Below, in pieces: positions 1-8,660 of a DNA stretch of 17,875 bases. The notes beneath the pieces are model-generated. The model was given only the letters and a program-made list of their open reading frames with translations, searched no databases and had not been told where the DNA came from. The position numbers were made by a program, and so were the translations under genes. The DNA lies in assembly GCF_006345805.1 (NCBI RefSeq), contig NW_021824552.1, positions 1-17,875 of the forward strand. The letters run 5' to 3'. The stretch comes from Octopus sinensis (taxonomy: Eukaryota). Within the stretch, counting starts at the first letter, position 1. Each line of letters begins with the position of its first letter.

Positions 1-67
1 GGCTATATTGTCGTGGCGCCTCTTATATTCCTTCAGGGCTAGTGGCGTACATTGGCTGGTGATATGT

Positions 68-76
68 CTATTATTA

Positions 77-130
<54 letters not shown>

Positions 131-179
131 TATATTATTATCATCATTATTATCATTATTATTATTATCATTATTATTA

Positions 180-213
<34 letters not shown>
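68..213. repeat. (ATT)n microsatellite with ATC variants
   Basis: Directly visible. The same repeat resumes at 609-683, 1219-1244, 1407-1468, 1675-1708 and 2309-2380 between inserted elements. Confidence 0.97.
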
Positions 214-214
<1 letters not shown>

Positions 215-608
215 TTCACTTGAAAAGGAAGATGAGAGTAGAGAGGGAAGTGCTGTCTGGTAGCAAGTTTATTGAAAGGTGGGTGAATGTCTTAAGAATG
301 GCCAGTATGAACAGGCCTATTCTGAGGATGCACCTGTGAAAAATTAAAAGGAAATATAAAAGGAGAAAGGGGCTCTCTACCCCCCTTTTGACCAGGCTCC
401 CGTGGCTTTTATGGGTTTTTCCACGAGTAACCCTTCGAAGCGCCTCCCCCTATTGGGAGTTTTAATTGTTACTTATATTTCGTTGTTATCCTGCTTTTGT
501 ACACAGACTTTTTCATACGGACAAAACCCTTTGTAACTTTCGTCTTGTGTTTTGTCCCTTTATGTTTTAATTGATTTTTGTTAGCCCTTGTGGCCAATAA
601 ACGAACGA

Positions 609-609
<1 letters not shown>
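214..609 (+). mobile_element. 5'-truncated non-LTR retrotransposon (L1/Tx1-like): ORF2 C-terminus plus 3' UTR
   Basis: 214-339 reads FHLKRKMRVEREVLSGSKFIERWVNVLRMASMNRPILRMHL*, clearly homologous to the copy ending at 2052. The T-rich UTR ends in TTAGCCCTTGTGGCCAATAAA. (ATT)n lies on both sides. Clade assignment rests on the recalled F..RW C-terminal pattern. Confidence 0.72.
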
Positions 610-683
<74 letters not shown>

Positions 684-1218
684 GAGTGAGAGAGCAGTGC
701 ATGCCATCAAAGTGACACTGGGGTAAAATATACGAAGCCCAGTATACCCATCATGACTACCCGTCTGATAAGAGTACACCAAGCACATGCATCACAACCA
801 TATGTGCGCGACTTGGTGATCTCATTATCAAGATAAACAGTGGATGACCTTGCAGGTGGGGCCCAGTTAGAATTTTCTTCAGGTTGAGTAACCCATCCTG
901 CTCAAAAGGTCCCTGAATAAGGTTTGTTTAAAGATGTTGAACGAAACGCCTATGTTTCCAGAGGTGAATTATTCAAACCCCAAAGAATTCCTCTCAACAC
1001 ATGGCTATGATTCTGCCTCACTACTTCTACTCGTGATCAGAGATGCACATATCGTCAACCACTAAGGGACATGCTCAACTGGTTACGGTCAAGCAACTGA
1101 CATGCAAATTTGTGGTGTTGAGCATTTTTTGCTCCAAGACAAAACATGTACATGATAACACTTCCAATCAGTTAAGATGAGAAGCCATGAGAGCCAGTGC
1201 TTGGTATTACATCAGAGT
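684..1218. mobile_element. ~535-bp non-coding interspersed element in (ATT)n, probably a non-autonomous retroelement
   Basis: Complex sequence with sharp (ATT)n boundaries on both sides and no meaningful ORF. It resembles an abundant octopus repeat from memory; family not assigned. Confidence 0.5.
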
Positions 1219-1240
1219 ATTTATTATTATTATTATTATT

Positions 1241-1406
1241 TTATTGTCTTTGCACAGCTTCTAATGCTGGAGATGTACTACGGTGTCAGCTGTTCCCTAC
1301 CAGTGAACTAAAGTAACACCCCTTATTTTTTTAACACCATCCGTAGTATTCGAGCGGTTGCAGGCAGTGCAGTTTTCTGCAAGTGTTCCACCCTTATTGC
1401 AGCCCC
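1241..1406 (-). mobile_element. R4-clade (Dong-like) non-LTR retrotransposon 3' fragment
   Basis: Minus strand 1406-1323 reads GAAIRVEHLQKTALPATARILRMVLKK*, matching the R4/Dong terminal motif LQK.ALLGTA.ILRKVL. A short 3' UTR runs into (TAA)n, the known Dong target. Confidence 0.82.
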
Positions 1407-1475
1407 TATTATTATAATTATTATTGTTGTTGTTGTTGTTGTTATTATTATTATTATTGTTATTATTACATGCAG

Positions 1476-1674
1476 GGCGGTGAGCTGGCTGAACCGTTAG
1501 CGTGCTGGGCGAAATGCTTAGCTCGTCGTTACGTTCTGAGTTCAAATTCCGCCGAGGTCGATTTTTCCTTTCATCCTTTCGGGGTCGATAAATTAAGTAC
1601 CAGTAAAACACTGAGGTCGATGTAATCGACTAGTTCCCTCCACACAAATCTGAGGCCCTGTGCTTCCACTAGAA

Positions 1675-1675
<1 letters not shown>
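1476..1675 (+). mobile_element. tRNA-derived SINE, family B, tail type 1
   Basis: Head GGCGGTGAGCTGGCTGAACCGTTAGC (A-box-like), B box GAGTTCAAATTCC, central CCTTTCATCCTTTCGGGGTCGATAAATTAAGTACCAG. Tail ...GGCCCTGTGCTTCCACTAGAA then (ATT)n. Homologous to 10088-10319. Confidence 0.85.
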
Positions 1676-1708
<33 letters not shown>

Positions 1709-2308
1709 GTGCTTTGTCAAACAGCTGTTATTACGTGTAGGATGGATCCGGTTATCAGGCGAGTCAATCGTGAAGATCGTCTCGACCCCTTCCTTTGGAC
1801 GAGAAGGAAAGGCAGTTTTCCTCTGTCTGGTGGCTATGGCGAAGGAGGTAGTGTGGTGGACGAGACTGAAAGGACTGAAGACAGATACTTTCCTCTTCGG
1901 CCAAGCCCTTATCGACTTTTTCCAAGTTCCACTTGAAAAGGAAAGTGAAAGTAGAGAGGGAAGTTCTGCCCTCCAGAACATTTGTTGAACGCTGGATGAA
2001 TGTGACGAGGATGGCCCGTGTGAATGGGCCTACTCAGAACTTTCGGTTGTAAACCGGAGGAGTTGAGAAGGAGAGAGGCACCTGCTGAGGTGCATCTGGT
2101 GGTCAAGATAACCAGAATGCGAGGGGTTCCTTCGTTGCCCCAGTAAGGAACTCCCCCACCTCTTTTAGGAAATTTTATTGTTTAATTGTATTGTTAATTG
2201 TCATTGGTTTATTATTTGTTCGATTTTTGTCTTAAACCCCCACGCGCCCCCAGTTTTGCTTTGTTCCTATTTGTTTTACGTTCGGTCCTTGTGGCCAATA
2301 AAGAAACG
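1709..2308 (+). mobile_element. 5'-truncated L1/Tx1-like retrotransposon: ORF2 C-terminus (one frameshift) plus 3' UTR
   Basis: From 1710: CFVKQLLLRVGWIRLSGESIVKIVSTPSFGREGKAVFLCLVAMAKEVVWWTRLKGLKTDTFLFGQALIDFF, frameshift near 1923, then KFHLKRKVKVEREVLPSRTFVERWMNVTRMARVNGPTQNFRL* (stop 2050-2052). Shows the AK..W..R and F..RW pattern. UTR ends CCTTGTGGCCAATAAAGAAA; (ATT)n on both sides. Confidence 0.75.
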
Positions 2309-2318
2309 GTTATTATTA

Positions 2319-2382
<64 letters not shown>

Positions 2383-2593
2383 AACAATGCCGATTTTTTT
2401 ACTCGATAAATCTATATCTATAACCGAAACCTTTCTTTTCAGCCTTTTTCTGATGATTGCCGAAGTGTTTCTCAACTCCTGGTATGAAACCAATTGGGAA
2501 ACTGGCGAATTTGAAACTATATTATTCTATTTTATTATTAATAATAATATTATACATAGTATATATATTTTATACGCGTATATATGTACACTC

Positions 2594-2634
<41 letters not shown>

Positions 2635-2688
2635 CACACACATAAACACACACACACACCCTACACACACACACACCACATGCACACA
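2594..2688. repeat. (CA)n microsatellite
   Basis: Directly visible. Further CA/TA tracts occur at ~2989-3074, 3231-3300, 7105-7190, 9204-9416, 10570-10645, 11660-11952 and 16663-16742. Confidence 0.95.
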
Positions 2689-2709
2689 TCAATCATTGAA
2701 TGATTTGCT

Positions 2710-2802
2710 AAACACTGAAGAGGTAGATAAACAAGATTATATAACGTTTCAGCAGGCAATTATGTAATCATGGCAGTAATTTGCCGAAACGCGTATATGT
2801 TT
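2710..2802 (+). ncRNA. Type I hammerhead ribozyme with extended stem II (Penelope-like-element type)
   Basis: AAACA, then CTGAAGA (2715-2721). Stem II GGTAGAT/ATTTGCC encloses an inner helix GATTATATAA/TTATGTAATC. Then GAAAC (2786-2790)-GC-GTA^-TA-TGTTT. Stem III region is the palindrome ACGCGT; stem I has a 2-nt bulge. Confidence 0.7.
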
Positions 2803-3000
2803 TATAGAGCATAAAATACAATATATGCTTTCTATATTTTATGAGGACTTCTACGTGGTTCGTATCCCGCACATTAACTTGTCTCGCTGTTTGATATTGA
2901 TGTGGTTGTAAAATGGTGTGGTGGAATAAGGTTATACGTAGGATCTCGGATCAAGTCCGAACTGTGGTTAGATGTCGTGCTTTACAGCACACACACACAC

Positions 3001-3051
<51 letters not shown>

Positions 3052-3231
3052 CACATACATATATATATATATATAGTGGTTGTATACTGTCAACATAACG
3101 TGACAGTCCCCTAAGGGAATTACACCACCGCTGTTTAGCCCTAGGAAACATCGACGCTTCCTGTCGGCTTTGACACATTTCCTGTGTCCTTATATTTGCG
3201 AAGGGGAGGCAAGCACCCCCTTTAGAAATTT

Positions 3232-3269
<38 letters not shown>

Positions 3270-3303
3270 CACACACACGCATATATACGTACATGCATAC
3301 ATA

Positions 3304-3328
3304 GATGATGATGATGATGATGATGATG
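3304..3328. repeat. (GAT)n microsatellite
   Basis: Directly visible. Confidence 0.9.
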
Positions 3329-3444
3329 GCTATCCAGTCGTGACCCAGGATCGATCAGGCACGGGACAAGGATTCTGGATTTTATTTTTCAGGTTTTGTT
3401 TTTATCTAATTCTTGAGAGCAATCGGGTTCCTTTTTAGTATTCT

Positions 3445-5115
3445 TTTTAGCCCTTGTGGGTAGTAAAGAAATAGGTATTTCGTCTGTCTTTACGTTCTGA
3501 GTTCAAATTCCGCCGAGGTCGACTTTGCCTTTCATCCTTTCGGTGTCGATTAAATAAGTACCAGTCACGCACTGGGGTCGATATAATCGACTTAATACCT
3601 TTGTCTGTCCTTGTTTGTCCCCTCTGTGTTTAGCCCCTTGTGGGTAATAAAGAAATAGGTATTTCGTCTGCCGCTACGTTCTGAGTTCAAATTCCGCCGA
3701 GGTCGACTTTACCTTTCATACTTTCGGGGTCGATTAAATAAGTACCAGTCACGCACTGGGGTCGATGTAATCGACTTAATCCGTTTGTCTGTCCTTGTTT
3801 GTCCCCTCTCTGTTTAGTCCCTTGTGGGTAGTAAAGAAATAGGTATTTCGTCTGCCGTTACGTTCTGAGTTCAAATTCCGCCGAGGTCGACTTTACCTTT
3901 CATACTTTCGGGGTCGATTAAATAAGTACCAGTCACGCACTGGGGTCGATGTAATCGACTTAATCCGTTTGTCTGTCCTTGTTTGTCCCCTCTCTGTTTA
4001 GTCCCTTGTGGGTAGTAAAGAAATAGGTATTTCGTCTGCCGTTACGTTCTGAGTTCAAATTCCGCCGAGGTCGACTTTACCTTTCATACTTTCGGGGTCG
4101 ATTAAATAAGTACCAGTCACGCACTGGGGTCGATGTAATCGACTTAATCCGTTTGTCTGTCCTTGTTTGTCCCCTCTGTGTTTAGTCCTTTGTGTGTAGT
4201 AAAGAAATAGGTATTTCGTCTGCCGTTACGTTCTGAGTTCAAATTCCGCCGAGGTCGACTTTACCTTTCATACTTTCGGGGTCGATTAAATAAGTACCAG
4301 TCACGCACTGGGGTCGATGTAATCGACTTAATCCGTTTGTCTGTCCTTGTTTGTCCCCTCTCTGTTTAGTCCCTTGTGGGTAGTAAAGAAATAGGTATTT
4401 CGTCTGCCGTTACGTTCTGAGTTCAAATCCGCGCCGAGGTCGACTTTACCTTTCATACTTTCGGGGTCGATTAAATAAGTACCAGTCACGCACTGGGGTC
4501 GATGTAATCGACTTAATCCGTTTGTCTGTCCTTGTTTGTCCCCTCTGTGTTAGTCCTTTGTGTGTAGTAAAGAAATAGGTATTTCGTCTGCCGTTACGTT
4601 CTGAGTTCAAATTCCGCCGAGGTCGACTTTACCTTTCATACTTTCGGGGTCGATTAAATAAGTACCAGTCACGCACTGGGGTCGATGTAATCGACTTAAT
4701 CCGTTGTCTGTCCTTGGTTTGTCCCCTCTCTGTTTAGTCCCTTGTGGGTAGTAAAGAAATAGGTATTTCGTCTGCCGTTACGTTCTGAGTTCAAATTCCG
4801 CCGTCCGAGGTCGACTTTACCTTTCATACTTTCGGGTCTCGATTAAATAAGTACCAGTCACGCACTGGGGTCGATGTAATCGACTTAATCCGTTTGTCTG
4901 TCCTTGTTTGTCCCCTCTGTGTTTAGTCCTTTGTGTGTAGTAAAGAAATAGGTATTTCGTCTGCCGTTACGTTCTGAGTTCAAATTCTGCCGACGTCAAC
5001 TTTGCTTTTTATCCTTTCGGCGTCGATATATTAAGCACAAGTTGTGTACTGGGGTCAATCTAATCGAATGGCTCCCTCCCCAAAAATTTCGGGCCTTGTG
5101 CCTAGATTAGAAAAG
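3445..5115 (+). repeat. Tandem array of a 184-bp SINE-derived unit (8 full units, a leading partial tail, and a final unit with a different tail)
   Basis: Units start at GGTATTTCG at 3474, 3658, 3842, 4026, 4210, 4394, 4578, 4762 and 4951. The unit equals the SINE at 10088-10319 without its first ~48 nt. The last unit ends in the type-1 tail (TCCCTCCCCAAAAATTTCGGGCCTTGTGCCTAGATTAGAAA). Confidence 0.96.
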
Positions 5116-5216
5116 CTTCGAACCTCCAGAAAGAATTTGAAATCTGTTCGAAAGTGCAAGATGTCATGTGTGTGTCTATATGTGTGTGTTTGCGTGTATA
5201 GATAAATAGATGAAGT

Positions 5217-5298
5217 GAGAGAGAGAGAGAGAGAGAGACAGAGAGAGACAGAGAGACAGAGACAGAGACAGAGACAGAGAGACCGAGAGAAATAGATA
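5217..5298. repeat. (GA)n/(GAGACA)n microsatellite
   Basis: Directly visible. Confidence 0.9.
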
Positions 5299-5411
5299 GA
5301 TACACACGTGTACACAAAATATATGCATCATACTTAGAAAGAAAAACGAAGACAAACACAGACACACACATACATACACACACACACACATACACATACA
5401 CACATACATAC

Positions 5412-6042
5412 ACACTTACTTACACACAACACACATACACATATACACCTATACACACAACACACACACACACATATACACACACTTACATACAACACAC
5501 ACATATACACATACACCCATACACACACACACAGAACACACATACACACACACTTACACACAACACACACATACACACATACACCCATACACACACACAC
5601 AGAACACACATACACACACACTTACACACAACACACACATATACACATACACCCATACACACACACACACAGAACACACATACACACACACTTACACACA
5701 ACACACACATACACACATACACCATACACACACACACAGAACACACATACACACACACTTACACACAACACACACATATACACATACACCCATACACACA
5801 CACACAGAACACACATACACACACACTTACACACAACACACACATACACACATACACCCATACACACACACACAGAACACACATACACACACACTTACAC
5901 ACAACACACACATATACACATACACCCATACACACACACACAAACCACATATACACACACACACAACACACATATACACATACACCTATACACACACATA
6001 CAACACACACACAAGCACACGCACACATACACACACACACAC
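5412..6042. repeat. ~68-bp minisatellite built from degenerate (CA)n
   Basis: Marker CTTACA recurs at 5485, 5553, 5621, 5691, 5758, 5826 and 5894, with recurring CCCATAC and CAGAAC. Confidence 0.9.
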
Positions 6043-6279
6043 ACCCTCACCCCGCATAGAATTCTAGTCAGTATACAATATATGTTTTCTAAAGAGCATA
6101 CGATTCGGTGTCACATCATCTGACGGGTGTGTCGCTCCTCCCCCCTTCACCGTCACACATTCAGTGTCACAAGACATTCGTATGATACCTGTATTCTCAT
6201 CTCTCTCCCTCTTCCTTCCTCTCTCTCCTTCTTCCTCCTCCTCTCTCTCTCCCTCTTCCTCCTCCTCTCTATGTTGTTT

Positions 6280-6515
6280 TTTTTTTTACTTATTTCAGTC
6301 ATAAGACTTGCGGCCATGCTGGGGCACCGCCTTGACAAAAATTTAGTCGAGCACATAAACCCCAGTGCTGATTGTTGTAAGCCTGATACTTATTCTATCG
6401 GTCTCTTTTGCCGAACTGCTAAGTTACGAGGGCGTAAACAAACAACACCGGTGGTAGAGGGGTTGGGGACGGGAACAAATATAGACACAAAGACACACAC
6501 GCGCACACACACACA
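6280..6515 (-). mobile_element. 3' half of a SINE (family C) with RTE-like tail
   Basis: Minus strand: (TG)n ... CGTAACTTAGCAGTTCGGCAAAAGAGACCGATAGAATAAGTA ... CAAGGCGGTGCCCCAGCATGGCCGCAAGTCTTATGACTGAAATAAGT, then poly-A. Homologous to 10660-10948 (+). Confidence 0.78.
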
Positions 6516-6545
6516 CAACTATATATATGTGTATATAATATATTA

Positions 6546-7100
6546 TGTCAGGTCACTTTCGAGTGCTACTGGTAACATGTAACCCAGTACAACCTTGTTG
6601 CATGGTCGGGTCGTCGGCGACTAAACCGGCAACCCCACCAAGCTTGCTTGGTGAGGAGGGTGTTTATTGGACATCCTGTGGGATGAAAATCAAAACCCGT
6701 CAAAGGGCGGAGGAACCCTTGAGAGTCAACGACCATCCTATAAATGTCTTAAGGCTGTCTCATGCGCGGGGACATAGAAATAATCGGACTGAATACCCGA
6801 ACGCGCGGTTAAACAATTGGGAGTGAAGGACTCCCAGCCTTTGTTAGGGCATCCTTCTAGGAGAAGGTAACTCAGGTAACTGGGATAACTCCGACATAAA
6901 ACCTGCGGCTCAGTGGTTACCGATGATGTTGACTTGTTCTTCTTTTCGGATTATGGCTGCTGTTGCTTAGTGAGTGGGATTGACTCAGTGCACAGCCTTT
7001 CCTCACTTTAAAAAAAATCTTCTTGCACAGGCATTGCCCGATAACAACATTGATTAAGCTTCGCGCAATGGCCATACTCGATAACGAGGGGACAGCCACC
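6546..7100 (+). mobile_element. Structured non-coding element, probably a non-autonomous RTE-clade derivative
   Basis: GC-richer island between TA/CA tracts. GGGCATCCTTCTAGGAGAAGGTAACTC (~6847-6873) resembles an RTE 5'-UTR motif (from memory). Hairpins: CACCAAGC/GCTTGGTG, GGGAGT/ACTCCC, AAGGG/CCCTT, TACTGG/CCAGTA. Confidence 0.45.
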
Positions 7101-7108
7101 ATATACAC

Positions 7109-7186
<78 letters not shown>

Positions 7187-7499
7187 TATAAAATAAATGA
7201 AAAATGCATTAAGTATTAAAAAACGTACACGTAGGACAGACACAGAAGAACCCTAATTCCTCATCAGTTATCAACCGAGTTACTATTATATAGTTTTATG
7301 AAACTGGGGTGAAAAACCCTTTTCTGGATCGAAAATGTTTAAAAAAATCCCCCAGAAATGCGGTGGTAGTGGGGAGAGAGATTTAACTGAATATTTAAAT
7401 GTTATTTATAGCTTTGTGTGTGCTTTGAGATCCAGTGTTCCGAAAGAAGAAAATTTCACGTTCTCTCGAAAGTTTATAAATTCTTTGGATTCTCTCATT

Positions 7500-7537
7500 T
7501 CTTTCTGACGAAGAGCGTAGGCTCGAAACACCAAAGG
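7500..7537 (+). ncRNA. Degenerate minimal type I hammerhead ribozyme
   Basis: CTTT-CTGACGA (7505-7511)-A-GAGC-GTAG-GCTC-GAAAC-ACC-AAAG. Stems I and II are intact but ACC replaces the GTH cleavage triplet. Confidence 0.62.
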
Positions 7538-7786
7538 CTTTTTCGTTTTTCCTGAACGTCAAACTAATACATATATCTCTGTCTTCTGTTTTTGTTTTGT
7601 ATATTAGAACTATATATATATATATAATATATAATATATATATATATCTTTAGGTAAATATATTCAATAAGAATATTTTATACTGAATTTATATTGAGTG
7701 CTCCATTGTATAAAAATATTAATACTATTAAAGTATCTATATATTTAATACGAGCGATATATACATATATTTTTTAATAATAATAT

Positions 7787-7799
7787 ATTATTATTATTA

Positions 7800-7837
<38 letters not shown>
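7787..7837. repeat. (ATT)n microsatellite in an AT-rich tract
   Basis: Directly visible. Confidence 0.92.
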
Positions 7838-7838
<1 letters not shown>

Positions 7839-7989
7839 AGAAAATCAGTATCCAAATTCATCATAAAGATATACCTGCGTGAAATAAATTATTGTATTGA
7901 AAATATGTATAAATAAATAAATATAAAAATATAAATATAATGTATAAAATAAATTTGATTATTTAAACATTTTGAATTAATTATTTAAG

Positions 7990-8068
7990 CATCTTACAGT
8001 CGTTTCACAGAAGAGCTGTCCCTATATTGATAAGCATTTATAGACAGCCCTTCTGCTCTTCAGAGATA
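7990..8068 (-). ncRNA. Type I hammerhead ribozyme with complete core and long stem II
   Basis: Minus strand: TATCT-CTGAAGA-GCAGAAGGGCTGTC-TATA-AATGCTTATCAA-TATA-GG-GACAGCTCTTCTGT-GAAAC-GACT-GTA^-AGATG. Stem I 5 bp, stem II 14+4 bp, stem III 2 bp with a 4-nt loop. Predicted cut between 7995 and 7994. Confidence 0.85.
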
Positions 8069-8176
8069 TAAAATATGAATATTATATAATATATCGAATG
8101 ACAGTTTTTTTTTAAAGTTTGAAGTAAAATTGTAAAATGGTTTTTGCTTGAAATGTCAAATAAAAATTAAAAATTA

Positions 8177-8660
8177 CTAATTTTGACGAACAGTTTTTGT
8201 GGAAACCGGGTTCTCGAGGTGGTCATTAAGCTCTGCAGTAATTTTTGGAGCTGTACTTTTGTGATCCTTTCTAACAATTCGCGTCTGACGGTCCTTATGT
8301 AAAAGTTTTTTGTTTTCTTCCAAAGTTTTGTTTCGACGAGGAGGTTTTTCCCTCTTTCTCAGAGGCTGCTATTACTTTCAAGACTACTTCTTGATATAAG
8401 AAACATTTCGGTTGTTTTCGTTACGCTAGCGCCTGCCATACGAGCACCAACTGTTTGACCTGTTTGAAAGTCCGACTGAACTGTCATTTTAATGAATTTT
8501 TAATTATCTTTTTCTTATGATATCTGAAAAGAAACAGCAATTTTAGCAAAACATATTAAGCAACACTAATACTAAATCAAAAAACATGAAAATAAACAAG
8601 CTTTTGATGGTTTTATAAACATTTCAAAATTATGATGCTTTGATGCTAGGTGTTTCATCA
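8177..8660 (-). mobile_element. Tc1-family transposon 5' fragment (decayed transposase N-terminal DNA-binding region)
   Basis: ATG at 8487. Reading across frameshifts gives SDFQTGQTVGARMAGASVTKTTEMF..., EKEGKTSSSKQNFGRK and TRIVRKDHKSTAPKITAELNDHLENPVSTKTVRQN*, a paired-like HTH with a GRPR-like linker. TIR-like ATGAAACACC lies near 8650-8659. Confidence 0.85.

Noticed and set aside
323-345. CTGAGGA...GAAA hammerhead-like motif
   Set aside because: It lies in LINE coding sequence with no adequate stems.
2445-2520. CTGATGA...GAAACCAATTGG as a hammerhead
   Set aside because: Stem II closure is poor, there is no U16-H17 and stem I is weak; possibly a relic but not supportable.
3085-3225. GC-richer island between TA repeats as a retroelement UTR or ribozyme
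   Set aside because: Probably a repeat fragment, but I could not assign a family or a convincing fold.
3474-3657. Hammerhead ribozyme within the 184-bp unit
   Set aside because: No CUGANGA core on either strand; only short hairpins (CCAGT/ACTGG, GTCGAT/ATCGAC).
3474-4950. CRISPR array
   Set aside because: Units are near-identical along their whole length with no unique spacers; they derive from a SINE, there are no cas genes and the context is eukaryotic.
8-6040. Poly-Y/I/L/N and VCVC/HTHT ORFs in the track
   Set aside because: They are translations of ATT, CA and TA microsatellites.
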